NCBI GenBank assembly: GCA_039683575.1
Contig: JBDKRC010000188.1
Location: 1-27,802, forward strand
Origin: Armatimonadia bacterium
GTDB taxonomy: Bacteria > Armatimonadota > Zipacnadia > Zipacnadales > UBA11051
DNA: 27,802 bases
Direction of reading: 5' to 3'
Below the pieces are notes generated by a model. It worked only from the letters and a program-made list of their open reading frames with translations, was not told the origin of the DNA and searched no databases. Position 1 is the stretch's first letter. Every line of letters starts with the position of its first letter. Shown piece after piece: positions 1 through 7,601 of this stretch. Position numbers and translations under genes: made by a program.

Positions 1-105
1 AGGACGACCCCGCCCTCCCGCCCGGCTAACACCAGTGCTGGAAATCGCTACTGCCGCGCGATCATCACCGATCAGCTATCGCAACGTCACAAAGGTCCCA
101 ATTCA

Positions 106-633
106 ATGCCTGCCAAACGCCCGCGCCCAATCGGCCCCTTCTTCCTGATCGCGATTCTCCTGAGCGCTGCCATCTTCATCTGGCAAAAGCGCCAGAACGA
201 GGCGCGGCTGCAGACCTCGACGCCGCCCGTCATCGAACACCAGGTCATCGACCAACCAGAAACCGAAAGCGTCCCTTCGCCTGACCTCGTCCGCGCCCAT
301 GCGGACGAACTCAACCTCACCGCCCCGCAGCTTCGCAGGCTCGATCCGCTCGTGCAAGCCTACCAGCGCGAACTCAAGCCCCTGCAGACCGAAGCCGATG
401 CCGCCGTCAAGCGCTTCCAGTCCTACCAGCAGCAGAAGCAGGGCCAGAAGCAAGTGCCAATGTCGGAGATCCAGGAGCAAATGTCCGAGGTCAGCGCCCT
501 TTCGAGCCGTCTTGCCGCACTCCGCCAGCAACACTGGCATCAGGTCGCCCCAATCCTGACGCCCCGCCAGAGAGCCAAGGCCCTCAAGCTCTGGCAGCAG
601 ACGCTCTCGAAGCCCTCTCAGGGGGCAAGGTGA
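106..633 (+). CDS. Spy/CpxP-like (LTxxQ) periplasmic protein with N-terminal membrane anchor; possible heavy-metal sensor/chaperone
   Basis: 175-aa ORF. N-terminal hydrophobic helix (FFLIAILLSAAIFIW), two LTxxQ motifs (LNLTAPQ, ILTPRQR) and a Q/E/R-rich helical body. AAAGGT upstream of the ATG; the stop overlaps the TolC start (GTGA). Confidence 0.7.
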   Translation: MPAKRPRPIGPFFLIAILLSAAIFIWQKRQNEARLQTSTPPVIEHQVIDQPETESVPSPDLVRAHADELNLTAPQLRRLDPLVQAYQRELKPLQTEADAAVKRFQSYQQQKQGQKQVPMSEIQEQMSEVSALSSRLAALRQQHWHQVAPILTPRQRAKALKLWQQTLSKPSQGAR

Positions 634-1979
634 AGCACATGAACACTCCCCAACTCCTGATGACCATAGCCGTCATAGCCCTGGCCACCCCGCTGTGCGG
701 CCAGCAGCAGCAGCAGCCCGAGTCGCTGTCCCTTCAGGCGGCAACTAACTACGCCCTCCAGAACAATCCCGAAGTCCTGGCCATGGAGCAGGACATACGC
801 ATGGCCCAGGCCAGCCTCCGCCTAGCCGGAGCCGCCCGGCGCGTGCAGGCCTCGGTCAACGCCTACGCTTCCTCGGCCACCACTTCGAACATGATCACAT
901 CCCCGCCTGAAGTCATGCCCGACGACATGCGCATGGTCGATCCCGGCCGCAATCTCGCCGCCGACGTCCGCGTCACCAAGTCCCTGAGCTCCGGCGGGCG
1001 GATCGCCGCCAACGTAACCCAGCGCCAACGCCTGCTCAGTGCGACTGAGGCGGATGTACAGGCCACGCGTCTACAGGTGTACTACCAGACACGCGCGATG
1101 TACCGCATGGTCCTGCTGCGGCTCAAGCTCCTCGACGTGTACCGGCGGGAGGTCGAGGCCCTGCAGGAACTCGCGCGCGTGGACGAGGTCAAGCTCGAGG
1201 CAGGCAAGATCCCGTTGTACTACTACCTGCGGGACCGTACCCGCCTCGCCGAGGCCCAGCAGGAGTTGGTGAACGGCCAGCGCGACGTGGAAACGGGGAT
1301 GTATGAGTTGTCGGTGATGCTGGGGCTGGACCGTCCCCGCCAGTTGACCCTGACCGACGCCCTGGGCTTTGTGCCCTTCGAGTACAACGAGGACCAAGCC
1401 CTACGCGAGGCCGCCGCCAATCGCCCGGAACTGGCCGCTGTCCGAGCGCGAATCGAGGCCGCCCTCGCCCAGATCTCCGCCGCCCGCGCCGCCTATCGGC
1501 CGCAACTGGCGGCAACCCTGATCCTTGACTACATGACCGGCGAGGACGACATGAGCGGCGGCGGCTACACGGCAGCACTCGTCGGCAGCCTCCCGCTGCT
1601 TGACGCCGGCGCACGCGGTGCTGAGGTGGCGATGGCCAGGGCACAGCAGCAGCAGCTAACACAGCAGGAACGCCGCCTCGCCCAGACCATAGCCCGCGAC
1701 GTGCTGGTCGCCCAGTCCAGCCTAAAAGCCGCCGACCAGAACATTCGCACGTCGCTCGAAGCCCAGGCCTCTGCCGAGGAGGACTACCGCGCTGCCCGTC
1801 TGCGCTATGACGTGGGCAAGGCCGTAAACCTGGAGCCGCTCGACGCGCTGGCCGCCCTGGTAAGGGCCAGAGTGAATGCAGCCAGGGCGGTCTACGAGTA
1901 CAACAATGCGGTGGACGCGCTGATGCAGGCGCAGGGCAAGTTTGCCGCACCTGAGCCCACCCAGGCCCAACCGCTGTAG
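630..1979 (+). CDS. TolC family outer-membrane efflux protein
   Basis: 449 aa with signal peptide. LSL..A...AL.NNP start motif, ANRPEL, YRPQL, SLPLLDAG and 'ARLRYDVGK...LDA' OEP repeats. GTG start coupled to the upstream stop (alternative ATG at 639). Confidence 0.93.
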   Translation: MKHMNTPQLLMTIAVIALATPLCGQQQQQPESLSLQAATNYALQNNPEVLAMEQDIRMAQASLRLAGAARRVQASVNAYASSATTSNMITSPPEVMPDDMRMVDPGRNLAADVRVTKSLSSGGRIAANVTQRQRLLSATEADVQATRLQVYYQTRAMYRMVLLRLKLLDVYRREVEALQELARVDEVKLEAGKIPLYYYLRDRTRLAEAQQELVNGQRDVETGMYELSVMLGLDRPRQLTLTDALGFVPFEYNEDQALREAAANRPELAAVRARIEAALAQISAARAAYRPQLAATLILDYMTGEDDMSGGGYTAALVGSLPLLDAGARGAEVAMARAQQQQLTQQERRLAQTIARDVLVAQSSLKAADQNIRTSLEAQASAEEDYRAARLRYDVGKAVNLEPLDALAALVRARVNAARAVYEYNNAVDALMQAQGKFAAPEPTQAQPL

Positions 1980-2079
1980 GAGTGGCCTGCGAACCCCTCT
2001 TCCGACGCCTGTAGCAGCGATCACTGATCGCGACCGTCACCGATGAACGATCGAGTCCCATGAAACAGGAGAAAGACCA

Positions 2080-2484
2080 ATGACAAGACGATCCACCCTG
2101 ATTGTATCCATCCTCGCAGCCCTGACCCTCGCTTTACTCACAGGCTGCCCCAAGAAGGAGCAAACCGCGCTCCAGGGCGCGCCGCCCACAGCCCAGCCTG
2201 CCCCGCCCGCCTCGCACACGATGCCAGGCGGCGAGCAGATGCCTGGCATGAAGATGCCCGCGAGCGAGACGGCCAAAACCGGTGACACGGTAGCCACCAG
2301 CAGCGAGATGGCAAGCTGCCCAGTCCTGGGCACAACCATGGAAAAGAAGAAGATGATCCCTTACGAGTACAAGGGCAAAACCTACTACTTCTGCTGCCCG
2401 CCGTGCGTGGAGAAGTTCAAGGCGAACCCGGAGCAGTACATAAAGAACCCGACCCCACCCAAACCTCCGACGAAGGGCATGTAA
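2080..2484 (+). CDS. YHS-domain metal-binding lipoprotein
   Basis: Lipobox LLTGC, Met-rich linker ([15 protein letters not shown]), YHS/TRASH motif CPVLG...[34 protein letters not shown] upstream. Confidence 0.88.
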   Translation: MTRRSTLIVSILAALTLALLTGCPKKEQTALQGAPPTAQPAPPASHTMPGGEQMPGMKMPASETAKTGDTVATSSEMASCPVLGTTMEKKKMIPYEYKGKTYYFCCPPCVEKFKANPEQYIKNPTPPKPPTKGM

Positions 2485-2506
2485 CCTTCACCACAGGCAA
2501 CAAACA

Positions 2507-2532
2507 CGCCGCCGGCCTTCCTGCCGGCGGCG
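2507..2532. terminator. Intrinsic terminator-like hairpin between convergent units
   Basis: Perfect 10-bp stem CGCCGCCGGC-cttcct-GCCGGCGGCG, followed by TGTTTGTT on the minus strand; 22 nt after the YHS stop. Confidence 0.65.
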
Positions 2533-2565
2533 CAACTGCCTGTGCGTGCAAAGCACCTGGCGCTC

Positions 2566-2919
2566 TCACGAGCGACACGCGGCAGGCCAGGTGAACGTGA
2601 AGGTACTGCCCTCGCCCAGACGTGAAGTGACTGAGATCTCTCCGCGGTAGCTTTCCACTTCGCCGACGATGCCTCCGCCCTCGGCGTGCTCCTCGACCAG
2701 CGAACGGACGAAGCGGTTGGCGGTGCGGGGAAAGACATAATCCGAACCGACCAGAAACACCCGGGGCCCGAAGCGCGCGATCGCCCATTCAACGGCGGTG
2801 GTAATCTCCTGGTTAAGACAACTGCCGGTGTAGACTATGCGGGGAGATTCCTCGAGGCCCTCGTATTGCACCGGGTACCTCAGCAGGCTCTTGGCGGCCT
2901 CGGCGACCGGCTTCACGGC
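2566..2919 (-). pseudogene. Chimeric remnant: UrtA/AmiC-like substrate-binding fragment fused in frame to a HATPase_c C-terminal tail
   Basis: 2919-2659 encodes AVKPV...YPVQYEGLEESPRIVYTG..NQ...FLVGSDYVFPRTAN (UrtA/AmiC signature). 2658-2566 encodes VESYRGEISVTSRLGEGSTFTFTWP (kinase C-terminus). Both domains are mostly missing and there is no credible start. Confidence 0.8.
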
Positions 2920-2962
2920 TGGAGAATCCCAACCTTCACCGATCCTGCCCCAACACCGGAAG

Positions 2963-3145
2963 TCATCCCAATCGCTCCCCATCTGTATCCGGCGTGCTCC
3001 CGGCGGACGCTGGGCGGTTGCGGGCATGTCCAGCAGCTTGCTGCACGTCTCTCTGGGGGTACGCCGTCTGAGGGTAGACAGCCAACGGGGCGGCCGTTAG
3101 GGCCAGGAACACGAATGCCACCGCTTGCAGCAAGCTTGCTCGCAT
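2963..3145 (-). CDS. Small putative secreted protein (60 aa) or 5' remnant of a decayed gene
   Basis: ATG at 3145 preceded by GGAGGTGGAGGT. Translation MRASLLQAVAFVFLALTAAPLA... looks like a signal peptide. Confidence 0.4.
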   Translation of the reverse strand: MRASLLQAVAFVFLALTAAPLAVYPQTAYPQRDVQQAAGHARNRPASAGSTPDTDGERLG

Positions 3146-3293
3146 GCAACCTCCACCTCCGCTTGTCCCACTCCCTCGCCAAGCCCTGCGCCGCGCGGGT
3201 GCAGCACAGCGCCGCCGCTGATTACTGCACCGGATCAGTCTCAAGGACGAACGGATGTCCGCCGATGATCAACCACAAGAGCCTGCAACGACG

Positions 3294-3328
3294 CCCCGTG
3301 GCCTACTATTGGAGAGTACGCCACGGGG
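3294..3328. terminator. Stem-loop downstream of the alpha-galactosidase gene
   Basis: CCCCGTGGCCTACT-attggag-AGTACGCCACGGGG (13/14 paired), about 40 nt after the stop at 3368. No strong U-tract. Confidence 0.45.
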
Positions 3329-3367
3329 TGCCCTCATCATAGTCCCGAGTGTTAGGCTGAGTTCCGG

Positions 3368-5383
3368 CTACACTTTCCTGTAGAACCATATCCCGCCGCT
3401 GCGCGCCGGCAAGGAGACGGTTAGGCCTTCGCTGAGCAGGACGGCACCACGAAGGCGCTGCCGCTCACCACTCTCCTGGTTCTCAAGCGCGTACTCAGCC
3501 GCCGGGTCGAGGCCCTGGGGGCGTAGCGTGAACGTCTCCTGCGGGCAATCGGCAAGCCGGATGCCCTGTAGGAGTCCTTCGCCAAGTTCAGGCCGGTCAA
3601 ACTGCCATGCAACCCACCGCTCCCCACTGCGACTGAAGGGCGTCAGGGGGTAGTAGTCGCCATGCAGTAGCAGCGGCGCCGCCCGCCGCCAGAGCGCGAT
3701 CAACTCGCGACCGAGAGCGAAGTCGTAGTCGTCGCGACGAATGTCGATTGTGGGAAAGAGCATCGCGGCCATGCCGCAGTGGAAGGAGAAACTGTCGATC
3801 AGCCGGTCAAAGCGCCGGTCGTAGCCCTCTGGGTTTTGGTCCCAGGACACGGTTGCTTCCTTGAAATAGGGTATCCACTGGAAGAGGGTGTGGTGGAAGG
3901 AAAGCTTGATCGGATGAAGGCCGTAGCCGTAGTCAGTGTAGTGCAGCGGGACTGAGCGGCGCATGGTCTCCAGATCATTGCGGCGGCCACCGGATGAGCA
4001 GGAGTCGATCCAGAGCCCCGGATTGCGCGCCAGCAGGTCATCCCAGTACTGCAGATACCCCTGGACATGCAGGTTCTCGTTCATCCCCTGGCGGTCCTCA
4101 GCGTCATTGTCGCGCCAGTATGCCAGCGGCGGGAAGTTGAAATCCTGCCGGTAGACGCCAATACCGCCGTCCGCCAGCAACTCGCATACATGATCGGTCA
4201 ACCACTGCCGGCATTCAGCATTGCCCAGGTTGAGCAGCGTATTGCGTTCCTCGGCCCCGTCGGACGGTGCGCAGCGCAGGAGCCACTCGGGGTGCTCACG
4301 CCACAGCCGCGAGTCCTTGAAGACTCGCTCGGGCTCGAACCAAACCAACAGGCGTGCACCGTCTTGCTTCACCCGCGCGGAGACCGGAGCAAAGCCGTTG
4401 GGGAAACGCTCCGGATCGGGCTCCCAGGTCCCCGTGCGCGGCCAGCGCCGATTGCCCTCTTCATCCCGGCAGGGGTACCAGCCCGCATCGATCCACCATA
4501 CGTCACAGTCGAAGCCCTTGCTGGCAAAGCGGTCGATATACTGCAGCTGGTTGCCCTCGGTCGCGGCGGTGAACTCCTCGCCGGTGTCAGTGGCTGCCAG
4601 CGCCAGCGCGGGCGCCAGCGGCTGGCCATCGGGCCTGGGCAGGACATGGGCCCGGTACCAGCGGCGCCAGAGATTGACCGCCCGGGTCGCGTCTCCGGCC
4701 CAGGACATGACCGCCATGCGCGGCGTGCGCAGGCGCTCGCCCGGCAGGAGCCGCAGGTTTGTCTGTTGCTGGCCGGCCTGCACGCCAACTCCGTCGGCAA
4801 GGCCTCTGAAAGTCGCTTCCCACTGGGCAGGCCAGCCGACGGCCAGGGTCAAGCCGCCGCCCTCAAACTGCAGGCGATAGTACGGGAAGGCACCGTCACA
4901 GGGACGACCGCCGTTGGGGGCAAACGTTAGCTCAGCGCCTGGCGGCAGCGGCGTGTCCTCGGGCCGGTATCCGTCCTCGTTGTAGAAATCGCCGTTGCAG
5001 TGCTGGAGGACGGGCGTCTGTCCGGCGAAGTTAGCGTCCAAGGGGCGCACGTCACGCAGGATTGGGGTCGGAGCGCTACCGGTGTTGATGAACCAGACCA
5101 CCCACTCGGCGACAGGGAAGTCTCGGTACTCGAGGACTTCGACGCGAACGAGAAGTCCCGTATCAGCGTCGGTGCCCTCGTGCACTGTCTCGACCACATT
5201 AGCGTCGATGGTACGCCGCGTGGTAATCGGCTGCCACGCTTCAGGCAGACCTCTGATCTGCTCGCCCCCATACAGAAAGGAGCAGGGCAGTTGCGCTGGT
5301 GAGGCCAACAATGAGGCGAAAAGGGAACGACTCAAGGCCATGTCCTCAGGCGTGGTGAGTGGGGATGAGGCAGGTGCGCTCAT
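3368..5383 (-). CDS. Alpha-galactosidase, glycoside hydrolase family 36
   Basis: Motifs WWIDAGWY, RFPNGF, VWFEPE, YRQDFN (nucleophile region), DSCSSGGRRND, GDYYPLT. Start set to the ATG at 5383 (GAGGAAAGG upstream), which avoids overlap with the divergent gene; 671 aa, no signal peptide. Confidence 0.88.
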   Translation of the reverse strand: MSAPASSPLTTPEDMALSRSLFASLLASPAQLPCSFLYGGEQIRGLPEAWQPITTRRTIDANVVETVHEGTDADTGLLVRVEVLEYRDFPVAEWVVWFINTGSAPTPILRDVRPLDANFAGQTPVLQHCNGDFYNEDGYRPEDTPLPPGAELTFAPNGGRPCDGAFPYYRLQFEGGGLTLAVGWPAQWEATFRGLADGVGVQAGQQQTNLRLLPGERLRTPRMAVMSWAGDATRAVNLWRRWYRAHVLPRPDGQPLAPALALAATDTGEEFTAATEGNQLQYIDRFASKGFDCDVWWIDAGWYPCRDEEGNRRWPRTGTWEPDPERFPNGFAPVSARVKQDGARLLVWFEPERVFKDSRLWREHPEWLLRCAPSDGAEERNTLLNLGNAECRQWLTDHVCELLADGGIGVYRQDFNFPPLAYWRDNDAEDRQGMNENLHVQGYLQYWDDLLARNPGLWIDSCSSGGRRNDLETMRRSVPLHYTDYGYGLHPIKLSFHHTLFQWIPYFKEATVSWDQNPEGYDRRFDRLIDSFSFHCGMAAMLFPTIDIRRDDYDFALGRELIALWRRAAPLLLHGDYYPLTPFSRSGERWVAWQFDRPELGEGLLQGIRLADCPQETFTLRPQGLDPAAEYALENQESGERQRLRGAVLLSEGLTVSLPARSGGIWFYRKV

Positions 5384-5421
5384 GAGAGACCTTTCCTCGT
5401 CAAGATTGGGCCAGAAGCCCC

Positions 5422-5448
5422 TTCGCAACCCGGCACAGACTCTCCTTC
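5422..5448 (-). promoter_or_regulatory. Shared bipartite promoter-like motif, copy 1 (GAAGGA-N15-TGCGAA)
   Basis: 38 nt upstream of the GH36 start; matches copies at 19543, 22923 and 24178. Confidence 0.55.
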
Positions 5449-5518
5449 CGGGACTGCGCGGCTGGAGGTTCCCGATTACCCTCTGGCTCATCCCACCGTT
5501 TGCGATTATGATATCGCC

Positions 5519-7309
5519 ATGACAAGCAAACAGGCCGCCATGTGCACCAACCACCTTCTGGTACTCTCGCTCGCCCTTCTGCTCACGCGTTGCGCATGTG
5601 CTCAGGTCGGTGTGGAAACCGGTGTCAGTGCAGCTGGCCATGCCGGCAGCATCGAGGCCCTGCGCCGACTGGGCTCCGCCGTCTCCCGTTCAGTTTTCGG
5701 CTCCACTGGTGCCATTCCCGCCCCCGCCACGCGCCTTGAGCCTCCCTCCGTTTTCAGCATGCCCCCCGGCGCCTCTACGGTTAACCGCAGCTTCGTCCCC
5801 CGGACCACCGGCCAGTACGTCGCGGGCGTCGCCTGGCGCAGCCCCGGCGATGCCCCTGTGACCCTCAAAGCCGGGGCCCAGGAAGCCATCGGCACGACGG
5901 CGGCCACTCTACTTCTCCACTTCGAAGCCCCAGCCAACACTCTGTGCACCGTGGGCGTAAGCGCGACTGGCAACCTTCCCCCCGCCGGCTTGGCGGGCGA
6001 TCTTGACCTCGTTCGCGATGTAAGGCCCGGAGAGCCGCCTTCCAAGTCCCTGCTCACCCCGGAGCAACGTCTGGCCGAGTTCACCCGCCGAGGCCCACGC
6101 CAGTCGGTCCTGCCTCTTCTGGCTAACCTCGCCAGCCGGCACCTTGCGTCCGCACAACCCGCCACGGACCTCGATGCGGTTTTCGACCGCGCCCTCGCGT
6201 CCGCTCCCCAAGTCACTCCGGCTGACCTGCAGGCCCTGATCCGCGACTACGACGCCCTGTCCGAAACGGTCAAGCTCCAGTGCTTCACGTCCCGCACCCT
6301 GGCCCTGCGCAGCCTTCCGGCTCCCACACTGGCCGGGGTCTCCGCCCTATTCACCCGCCCCAGGTTCGGTCCGGGGTCGGGATACAGCGGTGCCATGACC
6401 GCCGCCGCGCCGCGAATCGACGCCCTGGAACCAGCCGTCCCTGCCGGCGGCGCCTATGCGCCCGGAGCCACCATCCACATCGTCGGCGAGAACTTCGCCC
6501 CGCAGCCTGAGCGCAACCAGGTGTACCTCGGACCGGAACTCTCGCGGCTCATCTCCACCCGCCCCCTGCCAGTGGTCGCCGCTAGCCCGACTGCCCTTAC
6601 GTTCCAGCTGCCCGCCGACCTGCCAGACGGCTCGCTCTACCTCCTGATCATGGTCGATCGCAGGAACTCCAGCCGAGCTTGTAGCTTGCGGATCGACAAG
6701 GCCGGGGTCAACACGCCGCCCGCCGAAGCCGCCGCGCCGGCCGGGCCCACCACCCGCTATCGTCTTTCCTGTGTGCGTATTGAGTGCGTGGACGAAACCA
6801 ATCCGGAATGGTGGGGGAACGACGACGTCGTGCTGCTGATGACTGCGGTGGGAGACGGACAGGCGGTAACGCGGGCCAGCGGCCCCCTCCGCGGCTTCAG
6901 TGACGGTGCCGCCCAGCCACTGGCCGAGGCCGACAGGACACTGCTCCCTGAGGCGAGGATAGCAAGAGGAATCGGTGTGGCAGCGGAACTCTGGCGGTGC
7001 AATCCCCCGGCTCCATCCACCGCTCTCGGCTCGTGGGCGCTGCGAGAGAGCTTCGCCAATGCCCTGGTAGCTCCGGAAGCCCAGTTCAACGATCCCAAGC
7101 CCCAGGACGACGTTTCGTCTGAGTTGGCGGTATCGGCCAACCCGATCGGCTATCAGGAGGTAGTGTGGACGGCAGCCGACCTTCTGAAACTACTCCAGCC
7201 GGGCCAGAAGCTCGAAAAGATCCTCGACCTCCGCCAGGCTGACGCCCCCGCCCAATACGACGTCTCCGGTTACTACAAGCTAACCCTCGAACTGGAGCGT
7301 CTGGACTGA
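5519..7309 (+). CDS. Secreted hypothetical protein with central IPT/TIG (Ig-like) domain
   Basis: 596 aa. Signal peptide (LLVLSLALLLTRCACA; alternative start 5540). IPT/TIG pattern PRIDALEP...PGATIHIVGENF...NQVYLG...SPTALTFQLP. Beta-rich C-terminal domain with CVDETNPEWWGNDD. Confidence 0.7.
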   Translation: MTSKQAAMCTNHLLVLSLALLLTRCACAQVGVETGVSAAGHAGSIEALRRLGSAVSRSVFGSTGAIPAPATRLEPPSVFSMPPGASTVNRSFVPRTTGQYVAGVAWRSPGDAPVTLKAGAQEAIGTTAATLLLHFEAPANTLCTVGVSATGNLPPAGLAGDLDLVRDVRPGEPPSKSLLTPEQRLAEFTRRGPRQSVLPLLANLASRHLASAQPATDLDAVFDRALASAPQVTPADLQALIRDYDALSETVKLQCFTSRTLALRSLPAPTLAGVSALFTRPRFGPGSGYSGAMTAAAPRIDALEPAVPAGGAYAPGATIHIVGENFAPQPERNQVYLGPELSRLISTRPLPVVAASPTALTFQLPADLPDGSLYLLIMVDRRNSSRACSLRIDKAGVNTPPAEAAAPAGPTTRYRLSCVRIECVDETNPEWWGNDDVVLLMTAVGDGQAVTRASGPLRGFSDGAAQPLAEADRTLLPEARIARGIGVAAELWRCNPPAPSTALGSWALRESFANALVAPEAQFNDPKPQDDVSSELAVSANPIGYQEVVWTAADLLKLLQPGQKLEKILDLRQADAPAQYDVSGYYKLTLELERLD

Positions 7310-7543
7310 CCGCCTCGCTCGGCTGCTTCAGAGCCACCCCCATCCGTGCCCCCCTAAGACACCGCGGCCCCAAGCAGGCCCCTTGCTTAGCCTGCCACGA
7401 GACCATGCACGCCACAAGGTTGAACGTAGAAGATGCTGCCGCGTCCTTCTAGTCGAGGGATACGGTGGGGCCAAGACGCAGGGAATGCTCCGTGCCAACC
7501 TGTGGCTTCCTGCAACCAGGTCGTATCCCCCTCCGCAATGCCC

Positions 7544-7567
7544 GTAGGGCGCGCCTTGCGCGCGCCC
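7544..7567 (+). repeat. REP-like palindrome (GTAG + GC hairpin)
   Basis: GTA-GGGCGCGC-cttgc-GCGCGCCC: a GTAG tetranucleotide leading into an 8-bp palindrome, as in REP elements. Only one copy in the window. Confidence 0.35.
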
Positions 7568-7601
7568 AGTCCCGGTCGTAGCTTCAGCAGGAGAACTCAC
7601 C

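Noticed and set aside
1-29. Possible 3' end of an upstream gene (DDPALPPG*) or Pro-rich stalling leader
   Set aside because: Too little sequence at the window edge to identify; the frame is ambiguous.
702-716. (CAG)5 tract in tolC
   Set aside because: Short in-frame poly-Gln after the signal peptide; no evidence of phase variation.
2483-2940. 10-bp direct repeat AACCTTCACC (2483-2492 and 2931-2940) bracketing the chimeric remnant
   Set aside because: Could be a target-site duplication, but there is no transposase or terminal inverted repeat and chance occurrence is plausible.
2686-3342. 218-aa plus-strand ORF
   Set aside because: Largely the antisense shadow of the UrtA-like fragment; no recognisable motifs.
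5384-5641. N-terminal extension of the GH36 ORF in the ORF track
   Set aside because: Overlaps the divergent gene and promoter region; a better start with SD lies at 5383.
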